Origin: Lenisia limosa | Taxonomy: Eukaryota; Protista; Breviatea | DNA length: 38,669 bases | Direction: 5' to 3' | Assembly (NCBI GenBank): GCA_001655205.1 | Contig: LPNZ01007737.1 | Location: forward strand, 1 to 38,669 | Shown: in pieces, positions 21,862 to 34,898 of the stretch | Layout of the letters: the number at the start of each line of letters is the position of its first letter | Position numbering within the stretch: the first letter of the stretch is position 1 | Made by a program: the position numbers and the translations under genes | The notes under the pieces: generated by a model | Seen by the model: only the letters and a program-made list of their open reading frames with translations | The model's database searches: none | What the model was told of the DNA's origin: nothing

Positions 21862-24065
21862 TTAGGCCTTGACCCAAATCCTGAACTTATAGTCCGAAGT
21901 CACGCCGCCAGTTCCTGCGCACCCAATGCTGATTTTGGAATTGATATACGAACTGAAAGAGGCCCTATATGGTAAAAACAATATCATCCTGACAATGCTG
22001 CCTACTTGTGGTTGGAGTACGTTCCAGTTCCAGCGCCAGTACACAGGCCAACACCAGAGACGCCAGTATTCTGAGGGGGTTAGACGCTAATCAGACGCCA
22101 GAAACCCCACAACATACACTGAAGTTGTCATTACCACAGAGCCAAAAAGTGATGCGGCTGTAGACACCTTTCTCTCCCACAATTCCCCACTGTGCTGTTC
22201 CATATGTGCCTTTGTCCCCTCCACTCCAAGAGGAGAAGCCTGGATGTGAGGGGCAAAATTTAAAAAACAACTTAAAAACTTTCACTGACCTTCAGAATGC
22301 AAGAAAGTGTGCCAAGTGCTACCACCATCAGAAGTGCATTGGAACCTGGGGTAAATGAAAAGATAAGAAGATTTTCTTTTGGATTATGAGCAACAAAATA
22401 AAAAATCTCACTTCAGCTCCCGATTGACTGGGAATTTAGTGAGTGCCAGCATTCCATCTGCGCTTGTCGGTAGGGGAGGGTTCGCGGGATTCTAAGAAAT
22501 AACACCTCATCATAATAAGATGTTACAACTTCATCCCAACAAACCATGAAATCAGCGTTATAGAAGTAGTCCTAATGTATGAGAAAAGGGTGCAAACAAG
22601 GCTGGAGTGCGTCCTATAGAAAAAAAGAGTTCCTCGAAAGGCGTTTTGTTGGGGAGATAAGGGAAGCAGTTAGAGGAAAAGTTAGATGAAAACAGGGGCA
22701 GAATTAAAAAGTAAGTTCATTCCTTTGGCTGGCTAGGTGGCAATTGTCCCCACTACCATTGCCTAATATTTTATTGATCAAGTATTATCTATTATTTTTA
22801 TAATATCACTTTTTGGGTCATTTTCACATCTGGATTATCATTTCCCACGCAGTGATGTGATCTATGTGAAAGGTTAATATTTGGTTATTATTGACAAACT
22901 ACAGTGAATTTTGATGGATTCCCACTGAAACTTCTTGTCCTCGTTCGAGCTGCTTTCTTTCCTCGTGAGAAGTTCTTTTTACTCAGAAAGAAAAACTGTG
23001 AGCAGATACTCTCTATTTATTGGTTTCAGCGCATCTTATATTGTATTGTTTTGTTTTAAACAGTGTATTGCAGTTGGTCATTTAATTCCGTACAAGCAAA
23101 ATATTATTGGCTGCAAGATGAACAGAACTTTGGAAACGGGTGTGCCTCCCCTTCCACCCTATTCTTCCACCCCTTTGCTCCCACATACATCGGCTGCAGA
23201 AGACCTTCCACTCACGGTACCAACTAGCATGAACCCATCTTCACAATATACTACATCTTGAGCGAAATATACTATATCATATATTTTAGTGTATTATACT
23301 ATATGATATAGCTATATATGGATATCATATATTATGTGTATAAATGATTAAGAAACAAATATTAACTCAGAGAAGATTAAAAAAGAAGAGTGTTGGTCTT
23401 CACTGCAGGTCATAAAAGGATGTTATGAAATAACACCCCTTCATACCATCATTGGTCAATTCGGAGGGCTGGAAAATGCCATTAGCGTTTCGACAAGTCT
23501 CAGCTGTTGTAGTTACAAAAGAAGAAAAAGGGGGTTCTTATGTTTTCAACCAAGTGAAAATAAATTGATAGTACATACGTAAACAAGCAGCAGGGTCAGA
23601 CCATCCACTTTCTTTAGTGCAGGAAATACTGGCATTTCGAGGGTAGTATTGGGGCGGGCATTCAATCTGCGTCAAGTGAGGAGATGGGTTTATCAGAGTA
23701 TTTGAACTGTCATTGTAGTATTGGATCCCTGCCCACTGAGCAAGATCCTTCACCGCTATCGAGAAACTCAGTGCCACAGGATATCGTCGCATTGTTGACA
23801 GTCAACGGTGCCAAGTTGCATTGCTGGGGATAAGATTCATGTTGCATTCCTTACATTAATTGTTGCGGCATGAAGGTCTTCCTAAAAAATAAATCAATGG
23901 ATTAGCGTTCATTTCTAAGACAATTGGAAACAATTACCCAACCAGTCTTGCGGGGTGACAGGGGTGAGAGGGGACCGCTACACAGGAGGTCAACGCACCA
24001 TCCTTATCGCTGCTGAGCAAACTACAGAAACAAGCGGCAACGAGAGTCAAGAAGAAGAGCAGCAT
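21862..24065 (-). CDS. Secreted protein: signal peptide, Sushi/CCP domain and fibrinogen-C-like (FReD-like) domain
   Basis: MLLFFLTLVAACFCSLL resembles a signal peptide. CNLAPLTVNNATISC...SCSIECPPQYYPRNASISCTKESGWSDPAAC has Sushi Cys/Trp spacing. ETCRNANG...DG, VYCEDGFMLVG and the terminal YKFRIWVKA* resemble FReD landmarks. Confidence 0.6.
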
Positions 24066-24578
24066 CTGGGCAGCTGCGGCCTAAAGCATCAGTTATCTCC
24101 ACATGACCATGGCTTCAATCCTTCAATCACTTCAATATTAGTTTATAAATTCCTCCTTGAACACACTAAGAATACCACAACCACCACTAGTGATATTAAT
24201 CCGGTGTTAGTGGCCCCAATACCCCAACTCCAACTGCCAATTTCAACTCTATCACTCAACCACCACTTGTTCATATTTATACCCTAGACTCAACCACAAC
24301 CACACAACTACACCACCACCTCAAATCACTTGACTCACAACACACCGCTGAATTTGACAACGTACACCATAAACCTTTATTATTTTATACGTGTTATATC
24401 CCCTTTCACATACCCCTCCACCCCCTCACATACCCAGGCTTGAACTGGGCTTGAAGGTGGTGAAGAAGCAGGCACAAAGTAGGCAGATGGCTGAAGGTAA
24501 GTCGGAAGAAGTGGCAGAAACGCTAGCAGAAGACAACAAACAAAAAACGCCTAAAAAACGTATCTTGCGCAGAAACGC

Positions 24579-24672
24579 AGAAACCTGGCGGGCAAAACTG
24601 GCAGTGGCAAAACCTGGCAGTGGCAAAACCTGGCAAAACACTGAAAACACTGTGAAAACACAGGAAAACAAA
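24579..24672. repeat. Degenerate tandem repeat (ggcaaaacctggcagt)n grading into (gaaaacact)n
   Basis: Units start at 24591, 24606 and 24622, with related AAAAC units continuing to about 24672. It lies between two divergent genes. Confidence 0.75.
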
Positions 24673-24929
24673 CCATTCCTCCGGGGTGGGCGGGAAAATG
24701 TTGGCTGCAATGCCCTCCTCTTTTACTCTTTCCACTTTCTACTTCACCACACCTTTGCACTGTTGTTTCACAGCTTCACCACAGCTCTTTCTTCGTCCAC
24801 TCACCCACTTTGCCCCATCACCTTTTCACTTTTTCAATGTAAAAATGTAATATATTGTGAATATATTGAGGAGTTGAGTAGTTGAGGAGACAAAATTGAG
24901 TTAAGCGGTACAGAAAGAAGCCTGGCCAA

Positions 24930-27743
24930 ATGGGTGATAATACCAAGGGTCTTGTTTTCCGTCTTGGTTGGAGGGTTCTTTGTTTCTCGTATATCTAAGA
25001 CGTTTTGAGTAATAATTTCAGGAGATGATGGAGATGGACCTCCCCTTATCCGTCAGGTTTTTTTAAGCAAAGGTGGGTTGGTTTTGTGTTTTGTTTTATT
25101 TTCCCTGTTTTTTAACAAATGAAGTGTCAATAATTTTGCAGGATGGAGAGAGTGGAAGCCACCCATGTCAGCAAGTAGAGTGGATCTTCATTGGAGAGCT
25201 CTCAGGTTTAGGGCATACAGATTTGTAGTCTTTATATTTGCTCATTTTGCCACATTTAACCATCAAGCTATTGAAAATGAAATGTAGATGGTAAAGTATA
25301 TCAAAATATAGACAATGAATATTTAAGGAAATGAAAATTTCTTATAATTTTATTAATGGTCTGCGGTTTGGAACTATTCAGAATCCACTTCATATACCCA
25401 TCCTTCCGAGTCTTGACATCTTCAGATTTCGGGAAACAGAATTGAGGGCGAGTCATCACCGACAGCGCCTCAACCACTACACCAAAAGTGTAGCCTTCAC
25501 TCGTAAAGTGAGAATTTGTAGCTCCTTATAAAATTTATCTGGGGGATTCTTTTACATTACGTACTTTCTCATCCTCTTTTCTTATTTTTTTTTTGAATCA
25601 GAATTCAAACAATGTGTATGTAATACATAATGTATATACTATATAATATATTATCTATCATATATCATATCTAGCATATGATCAATACAAATATATGCCT
25701 TACAACTTTGTGCACATAGCTTTCTGCTTGCCCTCTGCGCATATGTACATGTAGAAAATTATATACAGATATAATATATCATATATATATATATATATCA
25801 TTTCATATATAGTATAGATATAATATATATAATATCGAGTAAAAATGAAGAATTCTTTAAAAAAGNNNNNNNNNNNNNNNNNNNNNNNNNNNNNNNNNNN
25901 NNNNNNNNNNNNNNNNNNNNNNNNNNNNNNNNNNNNNNNNNNNTTATCCAGAAGAGTCATTTCAAAAGCTTATCTCTTTAGGATACTCTTTTTCGAATGC
26001 TTCAACAGATGAAGAACACTTACGGTTCCATATTCGACATCTTCCCTTTGACTGTAAGGATAACTTTTCTTCCACATTCGCTGATTTGTCAGTTTGCAAT
26101 GCCAAATGGGTTTTCCAAATTTTCTGCCCATTTTTCCGAAGTCACATCAGGTGGTGACAAGGTAGGTTGTTTTCTTCTTTAACCAACAACAATGTTCATT
26201 TCTCTTATCCCATCATTAGAAGTCTTTCATTTGCAAGCCTGCAGACCTCTCAAGGGGCCGAAAAGTGTTTGTATTCAAAAACATCCATGAATTGTCATAT
26301 GACTGCCCGTGAGTACTGCCACTTTTTTCCAGTCTAAACAATCCGTAATAAATCCCATTTGTAGGGCTGTTGTCCAGGAATACATAGACCGCCCCCTGCT
26401 AATCCATGGCTATAAGTTTGACCTCAGATTGTATGCGAACATTCTTTCAGGGATACAGTGTTACTTTCCAGATACGTTGCTGTTTATTCATGGGCACCAC
26501 TCAGGGCATACATCCACACAAATGGACTTGCTAGGTTTAATAAAACTGATTTTATTGACATTTCAGGTTCGCATCTGCCAAATATGACCCTAAAGACATT
26601 TCAAATTCATTTTCGCATCTCACAAATGTCAGCATCAACAAATCAAGGTGTGGTTTTGCTTTCTCTGGGTGCACTCATACCCCAACTGACCTCATAGCCC
26701 GGCATGGAATGAAGACAAGTCTGGAATCGGGACTGGAGGGAAATGGAGGTGGGGTTTTTATCAAGTTTAACACACTTAACTTTTTAGTTTAGAATATTTA
26801 TGGGAGTACCTATCAGCAGAAGGAATCGACTCAACCATGATATGGAACAGGTGGGAGGGGGGCTTTGTCCAGTACTTGAGGTATGGGAGAAGTCCTTTGG
26901 TTTAATTATCACTGGGTCAGGGTGAAAGAAATATGCATGTTGACCCTTGTGGCGTCTCTACCCGTGACAGCACCTTCCGAATCTCAGGAGCACAATTGTT
27001 TTGAATTGTATGGCTTTGACATTATGGTAGGGTTGACCCAAACTGAATGATGATTCTTTGGACTTAATTTCTGTAGTTTGACGAAGATCTGAGAGCTTTT
27101 TTATTAGAAGTAAATTTCTCACCAGCAATGTCACTTGATGGGGAAGTTGACAGAGAAGTCAAACCAGGGATGATCAGGTTAGGGGGTGATTTTACAGAGT
27201 TCTTTATGAAATGCTATGTTTGACACAATAGTGATCTGATTGACATGGCTATGACTCCCCCACCAAGAGTACCTGTTCAAGCAACTTATGAAAAGTACGC
27301 TTTGTGAAAAGAATTGAAAAAAAGTTCGAAGAATATAGACCATCATACAGAAATAATGATTTAGAATCTGGAAAGATTTACCTCCATCTTACAATGGTTT
27401 TGAGATCATTTTCCCCTTCAACCCTGACTCTGCTGCTGCATCTCTGCATGTTGACCCAAAAGTATCAGGGAATAAAACGCAGACATTTGCTTTTGTCAGT
27501 TTTTAATATGTGGTTGCTTTCAATTTAGTTAACAAAGCTACAAAGCTTTCTACCATTTTCATGCATTTTTACTTCTGTTCTCATGGACTAGAACCCCCAA
27601 CTGCGGCCACTTGTCACTCTTGCACGTGAATTTCATAAAACGACATTCAAGGGCACGTCGTTACCAGCGTTGAGGTTTGTGTGGTCGATTTCTTAAACAA
27701 ATACTGAGCAGCCTATTTCAGTATCAATTTTTATGGGGAGTGA
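24930..27743 (+). CDS. TTLL2: Tubulin-tyrosine ligase-like protein (TTLL2-like, probable polyglutamylase family)
   Basis: Spliced: KGWREW...DLHWR, QRLNHY...TRKD, FPLTFAMP, ICKPADLSRGR, VVQEYIDRPLLIHGYKFDLRLY, ARFASAKYD...HLTNVSINKS, NCFELYGFDIM...LLEVNFSPA. The subfamily is assigned from recalled similarity to TTLL2. Confidence 0.9.
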
Positions 27744-28461
27744 AGAATTCCCCTCCTGTCTCATAAAACAGAAAAGCCCCTAAGCCTCAAGTTGCGTGTA
27801 TAAAGAGATCAGCCCTTCCTCCCTCGGGAAAAAGATGGGTATAGTTAAGGTAATGGTCTTATGTTTGGTATTTTTCCTGTGTTATTTAAATGGTTCGATT
27901 TGATTGAAAATATTACAAAGCCGCTTATTGGAATTACACTGAGAGATGATTTTTTTTGGTGCTTCTGTGCTTGAAGCTTGGTATTTTTTGTAATACGAGC
28001 ATGACTTACGAAACAATACATGAATATATCAAAAAGTAAATGATATGTGTAATTACAATAATTATTTGCATATATGCATATATGCATCCCATTGTCCCAT
28101 TGTAACCCCATGATAAACAAAGAACCCAGAACAAACCAAAAAAACAACAACAAAAAAAAATCAACCCGCAATCCAGCACAGATCCAGCGATCCATCCAGC
28201 ACAAATGCCGAAAGAAAATCCGCTCTGTTTCAGTCTGAACACGTAAACAAATAAAAAGGTGAAAAGGTGTACATTTAATTAGGTGGTAGACGGCGGGAGA
28301 GCAACGGCGAAAAACACAAGACTGAAGAAGTCGGTTTTCCGGACACTGTGTACACTCTACGCCTCTTCTTACCGCTGCTGTGGTGTATAGGGGGTTATAC
28401 TCTTGTCAATCCGCCACTAGTTCGAAATTCAGGGCTTGTGTTGGCCCTTAGCTGTCGCACC

Positions 28462-31098
28462 ATGCCTGTAACTGTGAGAAGGGCTTCAGAATCATGTTTT
28501 TCTTGTGCTGTTCCGATTTTGCAGGTGAAACCTTTTGTGTCATTAGTTCCATTTTAATGTTGTTCAGCAGTTGACATATGAAGACCAAAAGGCATTTACC
28601 CAGCGACTGTCTAAATTAAAACTTCAACCTGAACTTGTATGCAAGGTCTTTGAGAAACGTTTTAAGACTTTTTGAATTGCGTTACCGTTTGACACTTAGG
28701 TTCCATCTCCAAAGCCAAAGAGGACGAAACCTCTTCGTTCGGTTTGTGGACGTGGTGCATCTTTTTCGGAATGTTCTATGATAACTTTTACAATGGTCTT
28801 TTCTATCCTTAAACATCTTGTCTCTTTTTTCGTTATGTGGATCATTTTGCAACTCAGAAAGTAATGCATAAACATAAAAATCGTTCAAGACTTACCAGGG
28901 TCATAGTATATATTGCCAACCTGCCCACCCCTCTCTCCTTTGACTCTCAAGGTCCGTGAGTATCAAGGTAAAACACCAAGGGCGCCATTGAGTTCAAGAG
29001 GCCTTTCTCCCGATGAAATTGCTGTAAAATTAGCTGCAGTGGAGGCAAGGTATAGCACTTTTGTACCGTTTCATTGCCTGGGATTCCTTCCTATTGTTGC
29101 ATCATATTTCTCCTCAAACGTATCTGGTATTTCTTAGAACAAGGGTATACTTTACAGGTTATGCATTAAACTGTTCTGTTCTTGACAAGAAATCACCTGA
29201 TAAATTGGCATGTTTACCCTAGTTTTTCAGATTGGGTCCTTCAAAAGAGGCACCACTTGTTCGTGCCCGTAAAGCGGAGGAGTCGGGACGGAAGCTACAA
29301 TCTCGGAAGGCAATGGACCAAGAAATTACAAGAGTTGGGAGGACTGCGGTCATAACATTAATGAGCAACAACGGATTGCTAACCTTTGTAGCGAGCAATG
29401 AGTAGAATACACTCCAGAGAGTTAGAAATACGGTCAGAACTTATCACCAAATACCAGCCAATTTTGGACAAAGAAATTGGTAGGAATGAGTAATCCCATA
29501 TGAGTGTTCATATCATTTTTTGGATTATTTTTACTCTCCGAACTTTTTCACACAATACTGCATCTTCACTCCTATGTAATAATTGAGTGACAATGATAAA
29601 CTCTGACACACTCGGTGTGGACAGTTGTGTTAGCTTTGTTAATTTCGACTCGATAGCCTGTCACATGATTATTACTTGTGGATAATAGGTATCCTCTTGA
29701 TTGTAATTTTGATAAAACCAACAGGTATGCACATACATATCTTAGTACTATATGATATTGCTACTATGTAGTGTATTACAATAATATATCGATATATATA
29801 GTACATATCATGATATATACTATATATATATATATCATTATATAGTGTATCTGGCTTTTCACGAAGTGAAGCCTGTATTTGGTCTGACTTTGGTAGATGA
29901 AATTTTGAAAATGGATGCTTACCCACAGCGCTCCACCCAAGATGCTCTTATAGCAGCAAGAAGGTGAGGGCCAATGATAAGCAAACTGACATCTTACCTT
30001 CAAGGAGACACTATCTTCGAAGGGTGGATACGGATTTAGAAGCTTCGAGAGTGAAGGAGTTGGACCTTAAATTAGTGGGTTGATGATAATCTTGGGGTTT
30101 TCTTGAGCAGAAGTTGACAATATAGGTTAAATCCCAAGAAAAAGAACGGTTTAAAGCCGAGCAGTCCTCTTTTGGATCAAGTATTATGTAAGGCGCTATC
30201 CTTCTCAGCTGCTCGCTTAACAAAAACAAGTTTAACGCAATAGTCCTCTTGGTGGTTTCCGCAGTTCACGGCCATCACGAAGACCGTCACTCCATAAAAC
30301 TCAAAGTCATAATAATGCACCTAAAGCACAAGAGAAAATTGGGCCTCCTCCCAAAGTGGTGAGTTTTCTAACAGTTCTTGATATTCTGAATTGGTCATTT
30401 GTATAGCACAATGTATGTAATATATAGTATATATGCATATGGAAAAAAAATACATATAGTAGTGTATGATATGAGTAGAATATCGTGCTGTTTTTACAGC
30501 TACTCAGACAACTTCAAGCCCGCGAAATTTGTCATCTCCACAAGAGCCGCCACAAACCTTCACTGTCACCCCCGGTGGGTGGTTATACCCACAGATCTTG
30601 TAATCATGGCAACATTGATCTAATCTCCAGGAATTGAGTCCTCTGAAACGGGTCCTCATATTCAACCAATATTCACCACGAATTACAGCAACATGAACAA
30701 TACACGTGGTGAGTTTGAAGAAGTTGAAAGAATATGATATACTATATAAAAAATGATATTGATTATACAGGAGAGAACTCTCGAGGGGATTCTCTTACAC
30801 CAGTTTCTTTGGCCACACCGACACCAACTACTCAGTAGGCCGTGTTGTTTTGCTTCAGGAAGTAATGAAATCAACCCGTCAAAGAGGTATCAGAGGTTTT
30901 CCTTTTGTTACTCGAATTTTTCTATTTGTTTCGATGACCCGTGTTTTCGGGTCAGAAAACAGTTTGAAACAACAACACTCAAGGGAAAAAAAAACTCTTG
31001 TTTTTTTTTCTTCTCACCATATTCAGTAACTCTGACACAAGGAAGGGATCCTTTGCGAGAGATACAACAGGGAAAACAATTGGTAGAACACTGGTGTA
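28462..31098 (+). CDS. Hypothetical basic/coiled-coil protein with a stathmin-like motif
   Basis: About 15 short exons with GT-AG boundaries, for example QLTYEDQKAFTQRLSKLKLQPEL, PLSSRGLSPDEIAVKLAAVEAR and RAMSRIHSRELEIRSELITKYQ. Start and stop are approximate. Confidence 0.5.
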
Positions 31099-31423
31099 GC
31101 AAGTTCTTTTAGTGAGGTTCTATGTTATTTATTGTATTTTGAATTAAGCTTCGTTTTCTTTTAATGTATTGTTTCTTTTCCCAATGTAGAATAATAATAG
31201 TGTTTCTACAAAGGATTATGATCAAGAATCATAAAACAATTACATCATATGCCATTAAGAGATCAATAATAAATGTAAACAAATTCTATAAGGGGTGGNN
31301 NNNNNNNNNNNNNNNNNNNNNNNNNNNNNNNNNNNNNNNNNNNNNNNNNNNNNNNNNNNNNNNNNNNNNNNNNNNNNNNNNNNNNNNNNNNNNNNNNNNC
31401 ATTTGATCGAACAAGTCAATTGC

Positions 31424-32170
31424 CTAGAATTTGAGAAGCATACACGCAAATTCGCAGAGAAGCGCCGGGGGAAGAATATATATGGACTGTTCAAGGCAAA
31501 GCTTCATCACCCTGTTCATACCTCAGCCAGCTGTTCGTCTGACCAGTCTATGAAGTCGTCCATATCAGTCTGAAAAAGATAAGCAGGTTTCTTCATTGAC
31601 CATTTCATTTCACCGCCTAAAGTGTCTTCCCAAATTGCACCCATACTGCCTACTCTGTTAATGCTTCTCAGTAGAGGTTGGAGCTCTGTGAGAACTTCTG
31701 GTTCTTTCATAGCAGCATCGGGAATGATGATCTGTTTGAGTTATTGCCGAGATTATCAACCCAATACTGCGAAATAGCGAAATAGCCACCAGCTTACAGT
31801 GTTTCTCATTGTCATTTTGAGGAAATGTCTTCAGACGTGTCAATACTTGAAATGTGGCGCTAGTGACAAAAAGTAACAGATAGGCAAGCGACAACAATAT
31901 CAATTATAAAAGAAAGGTTGTCTAAAAGGCAAAGGAAAAGGAAACAAGGAAACTTACCTTAAAAGGAAAGTGTGAGTATTTCTTCATGTACGGTAGCGTA
32001 TATACGGAATACCATATATTATTTACCGTACGCACCGGTACACATTGTTGCTGGAACATTCATACCGTGGTATGTCATTATACACTCACACACAAGCAAT
32101 GTTGATCATTTCCTCTCCTCAATTTCCAAATTTCCCATTCCGCAATACAAGGGCAATAATTCTAGACAAC
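31424..32170 (-). CDS. Hypothetical protein (multi-exon, 5' end unresolved)
   Basis: Exons IIIPDAAMKEPEVLTELQPLLRSINR, TDMDDFIDWSDEQLAE and SIYILPPALLCEFACMLLKF* join in phase 0. Confidence 0.45.
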
Positions 32171-32309
32171 TAGCGTGTTTGTTCAGAACTACCTACTGCT
32201 ATACTCTACATGCAGTATTGAAACTCAGATGAATGTACAAAAAAACAAGTGTGAAAAAAGAAAAATCTTGAAACGATACTAGATTACCATAAATACCATA
32301 AAATCTAAA

Positions 32310-34665
32310 TCAGATTTGAGCAGAAGCAATGCTATTTCGTCGTGTTAGCTGTATAGGTAAAGGTGATATATCAAAAAAACATCATCAAATGGATATGATA
32401 TGCATAATTCTGTCTGAAAGTCGTCCATACCACTGTGGTTGACTTGGTTGATGTGGTTTGAAGGATAACTAGCCCATTGCTGCTCTAAAGTGTGAATCAA
32501 CCAAATACTACGAATTAACTTTTGGAATATCAATGCTGCTGTTGATTTCTGCCTGAACAGGACGTGTTTCCTTCGTGGTCTCAGGAGTCGTTACTGTTTC
32601 TCCAGGATTTGAAATTGCATTTAGTTGCCCCTCAGTGACTGCCCTATACTGTAATAGATGCACAAAACATACATCATTTACAATATTTATCTTACATATA
32701 ATATATCATAGTATATGATATGTATGTATGTAACTCACTGTTTCTTTTTGAAGATGTTGACAACAACAACAAGACAAGCGGCAGAGGCAACAAGGACTGC
32801 TCCAATCACAGAGAGCACACTTATAGTCTTTTGAAGAAGCGTCGCCTGAACTGTGAAACGGATGGAATAAAAGGGACAGCATGACTGATAACTTCACCTT
32901 CCAACTTGCCAAATGAATGAAAACACCAGGTTTACGGTTCTGACAAGCGAAGAAGAACCTACTTAGTTATTATTGGCGATGAAGAACTCCAAATAAAACC
33001 ACTCAGACCTGCTGGTGCCCTTTGCATAGCAAAATTAGTTGTTGACTGAGCCACAAATCCGACAACACCTAAAATGAATAAAATTATGTTTAAACTAATA
33101 TCATTTTAAATATTTTATAAATACGATAAAAAATATCACTTACCAGCACCCAAAAGAGCAATCCAAGTTAAAGAATCCGGAGGGACTACAACTTCTTGAA
33201 GGAGCAGAGTTCCAAAAGCGGACACTAAACACATGACAGCATGTAGAAATGGAGCAACCTGTGAATTGAGTTGCATATTAAAATAAACAGTGAGCATATA
33301 ATATGCCAATTGAATACTCGATCCAGACGTACTTACACAAGCACAGCATCCAAAATAGAATACAAGAACAAAAGGACTGGCTCGTCCTTTCAGTCCGATT
33401 TTGCGGATACTGACAAAAACAATTGACGCCATCACTGCTCCTACACTGTGGTAAGAAATGCGATAAGTTAGTTGATTCGCCATTCTTCTGGAACAAACCT
33501 AAGAGGCCTGCACAAACTGCCAGCATTCTCTCCAAACCAGATGACTCTTTGCCTAAAAATAAAAATGTAAAGATAAAACAAAGGTATATGTAATATATGT
33601 CAATAAGACAAGAAGTGTCTGGATTACCTTCAGTGGAACCGAAAATAAAAGAAGGTCGGGCAATTGTGATAACACCTGCTAAGCAAAGAATCGTTGCATA
33701 TGACTGAGTCTTACTCCATCTGAAACGTAAATTATGCAAAAAGGAGAGGATTGTTTCAGAATAAAACACATATTCTCTCGGACACTTCACCAAGAAAAAG
33801 GTATGCCAAAACCCCAGTCCATATTGGAGAGGTGAACTGAAGGGCTGTTGCGTCTCCGATTCCAAGAATAATGATGCAATAGTAGAACAGTGAAATGCTT
33901 GTTGTACCAGCTATTCCTCGCTGAAAAAATAAAACACAAAGAGAACGCAAGACCAACCAAAAATAGAACCTTTCGTATTCCTTTTGGACCGAAAGGGCTG
34001 ATACCATCCTTCCAAAGGAAGATCAGAGCAACTATAACACTGTTGAAATGAGAATACCGAAACAGAGCACTCCAACACCCACCTCACAATACCCCGAGAG
34101 AAAACTACACTGAAAGAAGGAAGTTCGCGCCCTGCAACCTTTGCAATCAATACACAATGTCGACATGCAACATTAGCAAAATATTAAAAAAAACATTAGA
34201 ATATTGACGTGTAGAGATGAGAAATAAAATAAGGGAGTCCACGATTACGCGTATATGAAAGATATTAGAGTACAATATTAATTCATCCAAGCGTGCCTCC
34301 CCAATGAGCAGCTTAACCTTTATTTCCTTGCGCCCCTTCCTAGTAACAAAATATCCCAAAAACCTTCACACAGAGGGAAGTGATGGAGTAAAGAAAGGCA
34401 GAAAAGGCAACAATGAACAGTCCTAAAGAAAATCAGCTGAAGAAAGACACACTTACCCTTTGTTTGCTCTGTCGATTTTTGCTGCTCATCAGTTGTAGTG
34501 TCAGTTTTATGGTACTCATCATACTGGGTAATCTTGAGTGTAAGTGAAACAAACTAAACAAAATGATTAATCCGAGGAGGGATTACACACCAGCCCTGCC
34601 ACCTGTGGAATTGATGACGATAATGGAATGGCTGCCAGCACAGGGGATGGTGGTGGTCCCCCCAT
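32310..34665 (-). CDS. EamA/DMT-superfamily transporter (SLC35G-like)
   Basis: GLFIVAFSAFLYSITSLCVK, ELPSFSVVFSRG, GDATALQFTSPIWTGVLAYLFLGE, LCLAGVITIARPSFIFG, RKIG, GVVGFVAQSTTNFAMQRAPAG and LVFSFIWQ follow the two-repeat EamA pattern. The tail ends RRNSIASAQI*. Confidence 0.85.
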
Positions 34666-34723
34666 ATTAATGTGGTGGGTTAGAACAAAGTTATTACGTT
34701 GTTACAAAATACCGCTGTGTCAA

Positions 34724-34898
34724 GCACAGGACCTGGGGATTTTGAAGATCCCCAGATCTCTGACAGACTAAAAATATGATTATTTTTTCACTCTCCAAAA
34801 GCGTCAAGAATGTTGTTTTTGAAGACAATTTGAAAATCAGATCCACGAGCCAGATCTTGACAGTTAAAAAAATATTGGAAAAATCCCCGGATCTGTGC
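34724..34898. mobile_element. MITE-like fragment (about 175 bp, imperfect 20-bp terminal inverted repeats)
   Basis: gcacaggacctggggatttt (34724-34743) against aaaatccccggatctgtgc (34880-34898). An internal direct repeat ccagatct(c)tgacag..aaaaatat occurs at 34752 and 34850. No target-site duplication seen. Confidence 0.35.

Noticed and set aside
37-24950. Two genes both begin MGDNT (ATG at 37 and at 24930)
   Set aside because: The similarity stops after five codons and the proteins are otherwise unrelated, so it is most likely chance.
5801-31399. Ten N-runs of about 50-150 nt (5801-5873, 6066-6172, 6689-6776, 8083-8133, 9444-9546, 11636-11749, 17828-17917, 19669-19819, 25866-25943, 31299-31399) as hidden repeats or RNA genes
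   Set aside because: Their lengths are irregular and several abut homopolymers or a duplication, as expected for scaffold gaps. Their content cannot be read.
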